From positions 48,732,001 through 48,796,000 of the forward strand of contig NC_043013.1 in assembly GCF_006345805.1 (NCBI RefSeq): a DNA stretch of 64,000 bases, written 5' to 3'. The position numbers and the translations under genes were made by a program. The stretch is from Octopus sinensis. Its lineage: Eukaryota. Shown here one piece after another: positions 13,018 through 25,584 of the stretch (its first letter is position 1; every line of letters begins with the position of its first letter). A model generated the notes under the pieces. It was given only the letters and a program-made list of their open reading frames with translations, was not told the DNA's origin and searched no databases.

Positions 13018-13885
13018 GTGTTTGTGTATGTGGGCCGTTTTTGATTGGTCCTAGGGTTTATTGTGGTGTATGTAAATGTGTCTGGTAGGATGGTGTGTGT
13101 ATATGTGTGCACGTTTGTGTGTGTGTGTATGTGTGTGGTTAATATTTGTTAGGGTGTTGTGTGTGCGCTAGTGTGTGTATGTGTTTGTTTGCATGTGTGT
13201 ATGTGTGCGTCTGTGGACGCGTGTGTATGCTTGTGTATTTTTTTGTGTTGGTTGGGATGTTATGTGTGTGTAGGTGAGTGTGTGTATCTCTGTCATAGTA
13301 TGTTTGTGTTGTTATGATTGTCTGGGTGTTGTGTGTGTGTGTATGTCACACATTTTAAAAGAAAATAATAATAAATTAAACGGTAACAATATTATTTTAA
13401 TGATTTTATCAGGAAAGAGTGTGCAACTCGTCTGTGAATGGTGAGACTGCTGCATTTGATATTCACCTCGGTATATCTGTAAGTAGAATTTAACAGAAAA
13501 TACATTGATTTTATGAGAAGGAAAGATTGGAAGAAGTAGTTTTAGTGGCGCCTGGCTGATATAGGGTTAACATGAGAAGGGCGAACAGGTGTTTTGGGTG
13601 TGTTTCGATGGAGGTGGTGTGCAACAATGTAATTCAGAAACCAGGGTAATAACAATGAAATTTACATTAGGAGGAGACAGAACATCTTGAACTTATTCTG
13701 TCTCTTTAAGCGATAAATTGTCGCGTGCTGGAGTGGACATTTCAATTTGGGGAAACATCTTTTCCTATTGTCATTGTCAAATTCTTCTCGATTAGCCTTG
13801 ATCTCTTTTTCTGTGTACGTTGGTATGTGCCAAACTATAGTCGTTTTCCCATTCGCTGAGAACTTTTCTAGTATATACTCTTTTA
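12290..13885 (-). mobile_element. Penelope-like element remnant (RT N-terminal piece, GIY-YIG end, pLTR with HHR relic)
   Basis: HATIYRLKRQNK and KTPVRP motifs (13550-13880) resemble PLE RT; ILPLEIEN..FIP tail near 12800; internal about 110-bp tandem duplication 12410-12630. Confidence 0.65.
12324..12371 (-). ncRNA. Type I hammerhead relic (G8A)
   Basis: RC: tttactt CTGACAA t-ctttt-tctaa-gaaag-t GAAACCGGTA aagtaaa; perfect 7-bp stem I, palindromic stem III ACCGGT. Confidence 0.7.
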
Positions 13886-13888
13886 CCT

Positions 13889-14127
13889 CTCTTTTGCTTG
13901 TTTCAGTCATTTGACTGCGGCCATGCTGGAGCACCGCCTTTAATCGAGCAACTCGACCCCGGGACTTATTCTTTGTAAGCCCAGTACTTATTCTATCGGT
14001 CTCTTTTGCCGAACCGCTAAGTAACGGGGCCATAAACACTCCAGCATCGGTTGTCAAGCAATGCTAGGGGGACAAACACAGACTCACAAACATACACGCA
14101 CACATACATACATACATACATACATAT

Positions 14128-14158
<31 letters not shown>

Positions 14159-14325
14159 CATACATACGAAGGGCTTCTTTCAGTTTCCGTCTACCAAATC
14201 CACTCACAAGGCTTTGGTCGGCCCGAGGCTATAGTAGAAGACACTTGCCCAAGATGCCACGCAGTGGGACTGAACCCGGAACCATGTGGTTGGTAAACAA
14301 GCTACTTACCACACAGCCACTTCTG
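13889..14325 (-). mobile_element. SINE family A (tRNA-like head, ccttgggcaag core-like box, internal microsatellite), near full length
   Basis: A/B boxes TGGCTGTGTGG and GGTTCAGTCCC; similarity to other copies. Confidence 0.95.
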
Positions 14326-14699
14326 TTGATATTTAATAATACTGGTGCAATCTGCAGTCTATGAAAGCCCCAACTCTGTCTCGTAAGATTGGGCAGCCAG
14401 CCACAACGCACTTAATTGTTTTTTCTTTGCTAGACGTTCTGTATTATGCAGTTATTTACTGTGTTCTGATTCATTACATACTTTCTAGTGGGAAAGCTCC
14501 GATTCCTTGCAGCTCTAAAGTATTCTAATGTCATAACCCTGATTTCTGCGCTTCGAATGTCCGTGCAGTGATTTTTCTTTATCCGTTCCAACTCTATTTT
14601 TTTCAGGTAATAGCCATGCAGTAGCAGTTTTTTTTTAATCATAACATTCTGGAGTTTTTATATTTTTTCCCAGAATTTCTCTCGTTTCTCTTCACACAT

Positions 14700-15110
14700 C
14701 TCTCTGAATGAATGCCTAGACACCAAAAGATCTGTAAAAACAAAATAATGAAACCAAAGTCTGCCGTTTATTTAACCCTGTGTAATCAACACCACGAATG
14801 TCCACATTGTATCTGGTTGCCCGGTCAGAGCAAAGTCACAATATATCTACAGACACGAGCCAGTGACAGCTATGTCCATGAGATGACATACGAGATGCTT
14901 TGACATAACAACTAAGAAGTAAAATCATATACTAAATACGGTATATGAGAACGGCCTGGGACATGCCTGCCCCGACTGACAAGGATATTAATTCGAACTG
15001 TCCAGATATAATTGCCAAGGACAAGAAAAGAATCTTTATACTTTGTTGCCCTTCTCGTTTACATCCGACCAGAAACATTGATAACATCGAAGAGCAAAGA
15101 TTATGAAATA
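14700..15110 (+). mobile_element. R4/Dong-like LINE fragment (CCHC/RLE region)
   Basis: HIVSGCPVRAKSQYIYRH and NCPDIIAKDKKR motifs. Confidence 0.7.
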
Positions 15111-16399
15111 GAAATATACACCGATGGGAACATGGATAGAAAAACTGTACCAGTAACATGTGGGCACTATTTATGTTAAAAAGGAACCACACCGCTAAAA
15201 CTCATACCAAAGTTTATTACTACATCCAGCTCAAAAATAACTCTGCTGAACCTAGAACACATCCCACAGTCTATTTCTATTTGAATAGTACAAGTCATAT
15301 AGCATACTTCTGCAGCCAGCCATTCTCATTGGCTCCTTGAATAATTCTGCATATCTGGAACGACACACAGATTGAAAACTGTTATAAGGACGGCCTGATA
15401 AATTTGAAAGAAGTCGGTTGAAAACCGCGAAGGTGTATCAAGATAGATCATGGGCTCCTTGCAAATGAACTGCTGAAGTATCCAAGCAGTATTTTATACC
15501 TGGTCCATCATTAAGAAACGGTTGAAACCTTGGAAAACATGTAGCGTTGGGGAAAAGGCGTTGGCCCAAAATTGAGAACCGGACATTATGTTTCCGTTGG
15601 AGATCTAATAAATCCCACTTTTTATAACTGTAGGCATGTATTCATAAGAATCTGGACAAGAGCAACATAAAACTTAAAATATAATTCCAGTGGTAATCCT
15701 GAGGTGAGCATCAGCGTGGTGGTGATGGAATATCTTAAAAGTGTCCAAGGGAAAAAGGACCAGCAAAACTGACAGCAAATACAGATAGCATATAATTGCA
15801 CTGTCAGAAACCACTGAACGCTGTTTCTCGCTTGCAAAGTTTTCTATCATAACTCAGTCTACTCGCCTGGAATTAATAATCATATTGCTTTCCTTTACCG
15901 TTTAAAATTCCACACTGTTTAAAATTGTTCTTTTCTTACACCGCAATTATATATTTTGTACTTTATTTGTCATTTTGTGTTTTGCTATTATCAAGATGTG
16001 AAACTGAAACTGAAGTCGTAAATTATGTACTAATCAAATATTTATAAAGTCACAAATAATTTCTATTACATGTTTGACGCCATCAATCTTATGCACACCG
16101 TTCTGTTCAATATTCATTAATTTTCTTGTTAGAAATGTCTGATTTTACCCATAAGTTTCTTGCCAAGATATCCTAAACAGTATTCATATTTCTACCAACT
16201 CTATTTCTGCTAATTTTTTCGATAGTCATGGCTATATTTTCTAATGAAGGCATGATACACCAACTAAAACGTACCAGAAAGAGCTTTGTTGCTTCTTATA
16301 GAGTTAGTAAACTAATTAGTAAAACTGGAAATATTTATTGATTTAGTGAGTGATTTTTCCCTCGGTGACCGTAATAATCTCTGATGTCACGAAACTGAG

Positions 16400-17400
16400 A
16401 GACAAAGAAACAATTCAATCAGGATTATTTCCGAAGATTAAGGAGGATTCTAACATCCAATTTCAATGGTATAAATATTATTACTGCTTCAAATCCAGGA
16501 GTTGTGTTCACTATCAATTATAACATCTGAGTGATCAAAACTAACAAAGGAAGACCTTGAAATCGCAGATTGAAAAATCAAAGAAATCGTTGACAATCTA
16601 CAGTGTCGTATGGTCTTAGGTAAATGTTTATATTATATATGATTATATTTTCAGTACAAAGGATGGAAGAAAAGGTTTGATAAGTGCAGAAAGCTGTATG
16701 GAAGTGAAAGTAAACAGGACGTTACTAACAATAAAGAAAAGCTTTTGATAGAAGTAAGAAGAGATGTGTTAGCTGAAGAATAAAAAAAAAAGAAAAACAA
16801 AAGAAGCAAAGTTATTGGAGTTAAAATGCAACAATATGAATTAAAAATAAGCTTTTGCGAAATTGTAAAAGGTATCGAGATCAGAAATCATTTCAAAAAT
16901 TAAAGATAATTAAATGCTAGTCGTGAAGGCTTAAGTAATTAAAAACTTCAAGAATAGTGTAGATAAGGAAGACAGCTGAGTGTAGAATGTGGAGTGAAAG
17001 AGAAGAGACGTTTGCGTACAGAATCTCTGAATGTAACAAGCTTTCTCGGAGGGTTTACAAAAAATGGAGACATGCAAAATTGCTGCAATCATATATTAAG
17101 TAAATCTGTAAAAAAATATCGATTTCAATACTTGGAAAATTAGCCTGACCATAAAACAGAACCCATTCTTGAAAATGACAATGTAAAGGCACTCTGAGAT
17201 ATGAAACTTCAATTAGATATGCAAAGAGAAATGCACGCTCGTATATGACCGTGGTCAACAAGGAAAAGTGTTGCTTAATCGATGTAGCTTGCCTGTTTGA
17301 TACAGGAGTATTAGGAAAAGAACTTGAGAAAAAACACATTAGTCCCAAAAATACGAATTTAAGGATTTTGAATTGCTATAAATTTATTATTCTTGGTTGG
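16400..17400 (+). mobile_element. R4/Dong-like LINE fragment (post-RT to RLE)
   Basis: KDGRKGLISAESCME; ILENDNVKAL.DMKLQ; CLIDVACLFD..V..KELEK. Confidence 0.7.
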
Positions 17401-17604
17401 CTGAAGAGATGAATTTCATGATTCTACAGAAACGTCTCTTTGCTTTGTGTAACAAAGGGTATGAGAAAGGTTCTAGATATCAAAGGTTGCAAGATGCAGC
17501 TTGATATCTATTAATCTAATAACATTAGAAAATCAACGAAATGCCGAGTGAATGAAAATAAAAAATATTTCTAATATAGGGAAAAAACCTGAAATTTTTT
17601 CGGG

Positions 17605-17765
17605 GTTGGGGTGGAGTTTAGTCGATTAAATCGACCCTAGTATTTGACTGGCACTGTATCGAGCCAAGAAGAGGCAGAGACAAAATTGACATTGGCGAGA
17701 TTTGAAATTAGAAAATTAGAACGTAAAGAGTCGTAACTAGACACCGCTGAGCATGTTGTGTGACA
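17605..17765 (-). mobile_element. SINE family B, diverged
   Basis: gtcgattaaatcgaccc...gagatttgaa similarity. Confidence 0.7.
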
Positions 17766-17779
17766 CTCAGAGAGAAGTT

Positions 17780-18100
17780 ATCTGCAATTTTGAAATATCT
17801 TCGATAATAAACATCAAAGAGAAAGAATTATGCGGCCAATTCACTGAAAAAGAGGAAGCGGAAAAGAAGTGAAGAGCGTTAGATGTGGCAAGTGGCAGAA
17901 ACATGAAAAGAGAACCTGAATTTCTAATCATAGTCGTTCAGGAACAAGTCTTTAGAACAAATTCGATAAAGATAGAGATTGGATAAAGAAAAAACAGAAA
18001 TTACGTTTATATATTTGTTTTGCAAGATTTTTGATGTGAAATATCGTGTGTTGAAACAGATATTGTTGTATTTAGGAATGGTCATTTTGCCAGTCTAGCC
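17780..18100 (+). mobile_element. R4/Dong-like LINE fragment
   Basis: LCGQF..; FLIIVVQEQVFRTNSIK matches the ETE.LI.AAQEQ.L.T motif. Confidence 0.6.
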
Positions 18101-18348
18101 AATAAAAAACACACGCACTATAAATTTGGTGTTACTTTGCTTCAGTGTTATTTATTTTTTTTTACATTAATCTTAATCTTATTTCGGCCAGAGTTCTTTC
18201 GTCACACTCCTGTGACCGCATCACTGGTCATTTGCTTTCTTCTTTCTTATTTGTGTGTCATTTGCACTGTCATTTCGCTTCACCCTCGGTCTTGAAATTC
18301 AGGCAGACATTCTCATATATCCTGCGTAGTTCAACAGACGGTACATAC

Positions 18349-18385
18349 CTGTGCACATCGTACAAAGCACGCTGAATACTCTCCG
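18349..18385 (-). CDS. Candidate 37-nt exon
   Basis: cttgtgctttttgaacag| ... cag|gtatgt; all three phases open. Confidence 0.35.
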
Positions 18386-18468
18386 CTGTTCAAAAAGCAC
18401 AAGTCATTTTCACATTGCTCGATTTTGGAAAAACTCCTCAAGCAAGGAGACATTCCTTTGCGATTCAC

Positions 18469-18534
18469 CACTGCCATCGCATTGGATTCTATCATATCTA
18501 ACACTGATTCCATCGTATCATCCAAAAAGTGCCT
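18469..18534 (-). CDS. Candidate 66-nt exon (RHFLDDTMESVLDMIESNAMAV)
   Basis: Weak acceptor (aaag|), donor |gtgaat; symmetric phase 0, protein-like composition. Confidence 0.25.
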
Positions 18535-18792
18535 CTTTTAAGTATGTTGGAGAAACTGCTTCCATTGCAGCTAATATAATCGCGCGTAAAATGTGCGTGT
18601 AAACGTTGTTGTTGCTATTGTTGTTGCCAGACATATCACTAGAAATGTTTTTACTAATGTTTTTGTCAACAGAAATACCATTATTTTTTTCTTTCAAATT
18701 ATGCATGCTTTTCTGTTAAATAGTTTCTGATTTCTGTTCAACGTCAGTAAATACATTTTCGTTCTATTTAAAGCGTTTTTGAGTGTTCATAC

Positions 18793-18864
18793 TTGAAAAA
18801 TCCATTTTGCTTGTTTATAAATGAAGAAGCTATTTTCTTCGCTAATTACAAGTGGAGAAAATGG
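18793..18864 (-). CDS. Candidate 72-nt exon (PFSPLVISEENSFFIYKQAKWIFQ)
   Basis: taattgtttgcag| ... |gtatga; symmetric, open in phase 0. Confidence 0.35.
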
Positions 18865-19288
18865 CTGCAAACAATTAATTACCCTTCTACGTTGACGTTT
18901 CACATTAAAACAGTTTTCCACTTAACTCCAGTTATTTCGAGGATGAGATATAAACCGACTGATTCACACAGGCACAACAATATTAATGAATCTGTTTAAT
19001 CACTTTTACTTTATCCATTATTACCGTTCGTATTTTGTCTTCAGGTAATTCTATCTCCTCTTTAGTACCGTTCTCTACCAGTTTGGAACCCCTGTTTCTG
19101 TCCTCATTGCATTCGTCATTTGTTCCAAAACATCATTGACCTCGTTTCTTCAAGATCTGCTTCAGCTAACCAGCCATTTCTCCTAATTGTCCTTGCTTGC
19201 TCACAAAATATTAGTTCCATTGCATAAAAAAAAAATCCCCGTTTTCTCAACCCTTGATAAATCGCTGTCTGTATCTTCTTACTGTATT

Positions 19289-19407
19289 TGATACGGCCAT
19301 ATCACGTTGAAAGCAACGGTTCTCGTCCGATCACCAAAGTTAAGCAACATCGAGCCTAGTTAGTACTTAGATGGGTGACCGCTTGGGAAACCTAAGCGCT
19401 GTAAGTA
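19289..19407 (+). pseudogene. 5S: Full-length 5S rRNA-like copy (probable pseudogene)
   Basis: tacggccatatcacgttgaaagcaacggttctcgtccgatcaccaaagttaagcaacatcgagcctagttagtacttagatgggtgaccgcttgggaa..gctgtaag; boxes A and C present, no oligo-T terminator, solitary. Confidence 0.9.
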
Positions 19408-19415
19408 TTCCTTCC

Positions 19416-19752
19416 AAGGCGGCGAGCTAGCAAAGGCGGCGAGCTAGCGAAGGCGGCGAGCTAGTTAAGGCGGCGAGCTAGCGAAGGCGGCGAGCTAGCG
19501 AAGGCGGCGAGCTAGCGAAGGCGGCGAGCTAGCAGAAACATTAGCACGCCGGGCGAAATGCTTAGTGGTATTTCGTCTGTCGTTACGTTCTGAGTTCAAA
19601 TTCCACCGAGGTCGACTTTGCCTTTCATCCTTTCGGGGTCGATAAATTAAGTACCAGTTACGCACTGGGGGTCGATGTAATCGACTTAATACCTATATCT
19701 GTCCTTGTTTGTCCCCTCTATGTTTAGCCCCTTGTGGGTAGTAAAGAAATAT
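19416..19752 (+). mobile_element. SINE family B with 7 tandem copies of its 17-nt 5' end
   Basis: aaggcggcgagctagc(a/g) x7 at 19416-19534 followed by the normal body. Confidence 0.95.
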
Positions 19753-20319
19753 GTATTTGATATTCATTTAGTCTCGGTTCTTCAGCAGCTAAATATTCGA
19801 TGCTGTTGATTAGAGCTGAAAACCGAGGACGTTTTTCTGACGAGCGATCCAGAAACTGTACAAATAGATCGATACTGAAATGTTTGGAGATTCAAACATT
19901 GCAATACCTATCCCAATTTCCTTTCTTTTCCTTCCTCTTATTCTCTTCTTATACCTCTTTCTTCCTTTTCCCGTTTGCTATTTCATTTTTTTCTATCCAC
20001 CGTTTTCTTTGCTGTAAACAAAATATGGTTATAAGATGCTACAATCAAATGTCCTGTCTCCTTCCTACCTGTGAAAAGTTGTACAAGCCACATGCTCACG
20101 AATACCGTTACAGCTTGCGTGGGGATGCAGATGAAAGGCTTTTTTGTTTTTGTGTTTTAGTAGGCCTTAATCATACTCTGTGTCACTTTGTATATAGTGA
20201 CGGTGAATCATTGCGTTGCTGGTTTTAAATTACTGCTAGCCACCTTGATTATTCTATATATATATATATATATATAAAACTTAGATACGTTTCGACCAAT
20301 GATTGGTCCAGGCCATGTC

Positions 20320-20329
20320 TAAATTAATA

Positions 20330-20369
<40 letters not shown>

Positions 20370-20373
20370 TAAT

Positions 20374-20419
<46 letters not shown>

Positions 20420-20560
20420 ATTATATATATATATATTATATATGTATATATATATATATAATATATATATATATACATATATATATATATTTATATTTAT
20501 ATATATATATATATATATACATATAATATATATATAATATATATATAATATATATTATAT

Positions 20561-20602
<42 letters not shown>

Positions 20603-20620
20603 CATATATATATATGTATA
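20320..20620. repeat. (TA)n-rich microsatellite
   Basis: Direct reading. Confidence 0.95.
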
Positions 20621-20659
20621 TAAAGCTGTTGATTTTATAACTTATATCTACAGTTTAAC

Positions 20660-21348
20660 ATTTTTAGTTACAGATTGCTCAAGGATATCCCTTGGGTGGC
20701 GACCACCGCAGACTGTTGGTCGGACTGTTCTAATGGAGTGAGCATTACTGATGAGTATTAATTTCCTATACGAAATTAGTACGCCAGCCCATCTCGTGCT
20801 TCAGTTGAGCGCCTATTCTCTATACGCAAAGATATTTTGTTGGCCGAGAGAGCAACCCATTCAGGTGGTAATTTTGAGAGGCTGGTGCTTATGAAGAGCA
20901 ACTAGCATCAACCAGCATCACGTCAAGGCAGGATCTTGGTATGATACCTATGCTAAACTATATACTTTTTTGATTCGTTTAATACTTTTTGAACAGTAAA
21001 TAAAGCATATGACGACTGAAAAACTAATGTTTAATTTCATTTGTTCATTTGATTATTATGCGTAGACCTTGATCATCATCTGATCTTGGCATGCTATTTG
21101 GAAGGCTCTACGTCTAAGCTACAACATAAAAAATTCAGCTCTCTAGGTCTGTTTTTAAGGGTTTTAAAGCTAAAAAACCAGACCGAAACTAAATTCATAT
21201 GATAAAAGTTAGCGGTTGTCAGTTAGCATTAGCTTCCGCTATTTTGTTTTTACCTGTTTAGCTGTTTAGCATTTGCGAAGCTAACTTTTTTAGTTAGCGG
21301 ATTAGCGGTTAACAAGGCTAAGTTTTTGGTTAGCTATGCTCACCACTG
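20660..21348 (+). mobile_element. hAT DNA transposon 3' end (dimerisation domain + subterminal gttagc repeats + terminus)
   Basis: PSRASVERLFSIRKDILLAERATHSGGNFERLVLMKSN*; ends gctcaccactg. Confidence 0.8.
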
Positions 21349-21382
<34 letters not shown>

Positions 21383-21435
21383 ATAATATATATATATATT
21401 ATATATATATTATATATATATAATACATACATACA

Positions 21436-21502
<67 letters not shown>

Positions 21503-21558
21503 CATACATACATACATATATATATATATGTATATATATATATAATATATATATATAT

Positions 21559-21630
<72 letters not shown>

Positions 21631-21669
21631 TATCGACAAAAGCAGCATTGATACCTAAAGGTAATATTT

Positions 21670-22050
21670 ATCTCTCACTTAAGGTGCATATCGTGTTAGA
21701 ATACAAATCAATGCGATACTTACCGTGAGAGGACCACTCATATGGACTTGTGGTGCATGAGACCACTTCTCGTAGTGACTTGCAACACCGTGATATTTAT
21801 ATATGGTTATATATAGTTATATATTGACGCGGGAATCGTTTGCAGCGTAGAGCTGGACATCTGTCATTAATAAGGTTAATTAATGTCGAAATCCCGTTAT
21901 TCGACAGTTCGGACGACCGTGGCAGATGCTTCTTGCCTTTTAGCGGTATAAACACGTCTTTTTTTCATGTACCACAAGTCCATGTGAGAGCTTCTCATTG
22001 TAAAGAACGCAATAATCTGTGTTCTAGCACGACATCCTTTAAGTGGGATA
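21670..22050. repeat. Foldback element, about 90-bp imperfect arms
   Basis: ctcacttaagg..catatggacttgtggtgcatga vs tcatgtaccacaagtccatgtg..cctttaagtggga. Confidence 0.8.
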
Positions 22051-22112
22051 TGTGTGTGTGTGTGTGTGTACATAAATATATGTATACATACACACACACA
22101 TACACAGACATA

Positions 22113-22149
<37 letters not shown>

Positions 22150-22202
22150 GAAATATTAAAATTACTAAGTCTCTCTAAAGGAGATTACGGCAGCGTTACT
22201 GG

Positions 22203-22583
22203 AAATTAATAGTTATCGCCATACTTATATGGCAGTCTTATAAATATAAGACTAAAGCTGTCGCTGATTAGCTCCAAGAGGCCATCGCCTCAAGCTAGCT
22301 ATTTGACACTGCGTCCATTATAAATCTTCGAACAGGGACAGTCAGTAGCGACACCTGCTGGGTCTGACTACGCTGCATTGATAAAGGGCAAATACCCTGA
22401 AACATGTCTGCAGCTGTCTGACTGGCAGGATGAAGCGGCTGACCTCCCCTGTTCGAAGGTTTATAATGGACGCAGATTGTGTGTCAAATAGCTAGCTTGA
22501 GGCGATGGCCTCTTGGAGCTAATCAGCGACAGCTTTAGTCTTATATTTATAAGACTGCCATATAAGTATGGCGATAACTATTA

Positions 22584-22587
<4 letters not shown>
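22203..22587. mobile_element. 385-bp foldback element with about 135-bp near-perfect arms enclosing a hammerhead
   Basis: 22203-22337 is the reverse complement of 22447-22587 apart from one substitution and a 6-nt indel. Confidence 0.92.
22372..22414 (+). ncRNA. Type I minimal hammerhead ribozyme with U3-A8 covariation
   Basis: gctgca TTGATAA aggg-caaata-ccct GAAACATGTC tgcagc; GUC triplet ending 22408; palindromic ACATGT stem III. Confidence 0.85.
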
Positions 22588-22623
<36 letters not shown>

Positions 22624-22899
22624 CTGACACCGTTTATTAGCCGGTGTTTATTGAAAACAATGAATAGCTTTGACGAAACCATGGTATGCTTTGTTTTCTG
22701 ACTTTTTAATCATCTCATAATAATGACTTTTATGACTTTTATTACTACCTCAATCCATCTAAATGTATATATCTGTCGTTACCTTTCATAAAAAGCATTT
22801 CCTTTCTTTATTTACAATGTGCATTTTTCGTTGATTTTTCTTATTTTCCCCTACATTTCCACGTGTGTTTTATATTTTCTTTTTGTAACATATTTCTAT

Positions 22900-22971
<72 letters not shown>

Positions 22972-23088
22972 GCGAGTAGCACGAATAGCGTGCGTATTAT
23001 GAAAAAATGATATGGTTAATGGACAATATGTCCAATTTTCGGCATATTTGGCATTAGAAATTTTTCGTTTGCCCTTATCTATGAATTG

Positions 23089-23153
<65 letters not shown>

Positions 23154-23605
23154 ATATATATATGTATGAGCGGAGGTATGTGTGCAATAAGTGAGAAAGT
23201 ATATCTTTTGGTGATTTGTACTGGTGAGAAATATAATAAATCAGTGCTTTTCGACCAACATTCTTGTGAGGATTTTATTCTACACAGACATTCCATTGTC
23301 AGCATCGCTATTAGTGATTGGTTTGTTTGGGAAGTACAGCAAAGGATGCTGCTGTTCAGCATATGCAATAAATGGCTTTGAGCCAAAGTTTTAAATCATT
23401 AATAGATTTAACACTAGACTAAAGCTAATTTGATGAATTAATCACCCCTTTTAAGTGTGTGAGTGTTCTATTTCTATTCACGTACCACTTTGATTCAAGA
23501 TCTATTTTTAATGCTGATTTTCCGACCTACTTACTAAAGGTAACACCTTCGTACATCTGAATCTTTCATAAACTCGCCTTTATAAATCTACTTTCCCAAC
23601 TCATG

Positions 23606-23609
<4 letters not shown>

Positions 23610-23636
<27 letters not shown>

Positions 23637-23662
23637 ATTATTATTATTACTATTATTATCAC

Positions 23663-23746
<84 letters not shown>

Positions 23747-23757
23747 CACCATTATTA

Positions 23758-23802
<45 letters not shown>

Positions 23803-23839
23803 CATCATCATAATCATTATTATTATTATTATTATCAGC

Positions 23840-23876
<37 letters not shown>

Positions 23877-23890
23877 TATTATTATTATTG
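23610..23890. repeat. (ATT)n microsatellite
   Basis: Direct reading. Confidence 0.97.
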
Positions 23891-24470
23891 CTAATTTTAT
23901 ATTTCGTTATATAGTAATTTCTGACAGCTAGTAAGAACACCATACATAAATAGCAAACTCTTTCAAAGTAAATATATCTCACTGCATGTTATCCCAGACA
24001 AGTATTTTCTACTCTCGCCTCGAATGAATTATTATCTGAGTGAAATTTGGTGCTTGGAAACCATTCCGAAGCTTTTTGTTTATCTAATTTATCCATCTAT
24101 TTATCTATCGTTCAACGAAAGAGTATGAGCTTGTATGTTTACATGTGTGCGTGTGTGTATGTATACACACACACACATATATATGCACATATTTGTATAT
24201 ATACATATGTGTGCATATATGATGGATAGAGAGGATAAAATATCCAGGCGGATACCCTTTGAGCATTCTGGTTATGGCTAATCGCATCGCGTTGTAAGGA
24301 GCACAACTAGTCGCAAGTAACTGGACGCAAATACAATTAGGAATTGTCTGTGCAGCAGAAATTGCATCTGCTACATTTTAATCAAATATGCTGCATAATT
24401 GACTGCAGAAATAAAGAAAAATATGCAGATGTAATAATCTCTGTACTCATTGTATATGTGCATATATATA

Positions 24471-24532
<62 letters not shown>

Positions 24533-24713
24533 CATTACCATGTGGATCCCTTATTCCATTACGATCACCCAGACGGCGCGCATGGCAGAATTTTGGAGGG
24601 AAAATTTACGTTCCCAGTCATTACTTAGTTTTAACATCTGCACACTTCCCCCCACTATCTGATGTCGCTGGGTCAGAAGTGAGGGCCTGTGGCATTTGGT
24701 AAATCTATCGAAT

Positions 24714-24776
24714 ATAGTGCCGATGAAGGAAATCTAGCTATTTTCTGAGCTTGTGATCCAGAAACATGTTCGCTAT
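24714..24776 (+). ncRNA. Type I hammerhead fold (CCGATGA core, long stem II)
   Basis: atagtg CCGATGA agga..(agct/agct)..tcca GAAACATGTT cgctat; A-A mismatch at base of stem II. Confidence 0.65.
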
Positions 24777-24968
24777 TAACGGTAAGAGATTGTTTACGTC
24801 TATTTGCTACTCCGATTTTGTGTATGTGAACCGCAGGATCCGTCATATTTGGAATCTCCACTTATAGAAAATGGAAAAAACAGTCTTTGACTGCCATTTC
24901 TAATTCCTTCGGTATGCGGCGAAGCAGCCTGTTGCTAGCCCTTTCAATTAGTTTTACTATATATATAT

Positions 24969-25022
<54 letters not shown>

Positions 25023-25064
25023 ATATATATATATAAATATATATAAATATATATATATATATAA

Positions 25065-25097
<33 letters not shown>

Positions 25098-25489
25098 CAT
25101 ATTTATATATATATGAATGTGTGCGTTTCTCTATGTGTATGTGCCTTTGTGCGTATGCATATCTGTACACACACACACGCATACAGATACATAAATATAT
25201 ATATATGAATACACACACATGCTCTCACTTTCTCCCCATTCCCCACCCTCTTGTACTATCTTATATCTCTCCCCACCCCTACACACTCAATAATACTATA
25301 AAAGGAGTCAAAATTCCTGCAAAAGTTAGTTCAATTTGAAGACTTCACTAGAGTGGACGAAAGCGTTAATATATGATATAGGATTTATAAAAACATGTAA
25401 CATACTAATAAATAACTAAATATAAAACCATCCAGATTCTGAGTACCTCATTTCTTCTAGTATATAATACCTGTATATCACCTCCAAAC

Positions 25490-25553
<64 letters not shown>

Positions 25554-25584
25554 AAGTTGTGTGACCCTTCTGTCCGAGTCAGTC

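Noticed and set aside
19416-19534. Regular 17-bp repeats as a CRISPR-like array
   Set aside because: No spacers; the units are copies of the SINE B 5' end in a eukaryotic context
19833-19865. CTGACGA..GAAACTGTA motif
   Set aside because: The 8 nt between the cores cannot form stem II and stem I is mismatched
20746-20786. CTGATGA-gtat..atac-GAAA hammerhead-like string
   Set aside because: No stem I can form, and it lies inside hAT transposase coding sequence; likely chance
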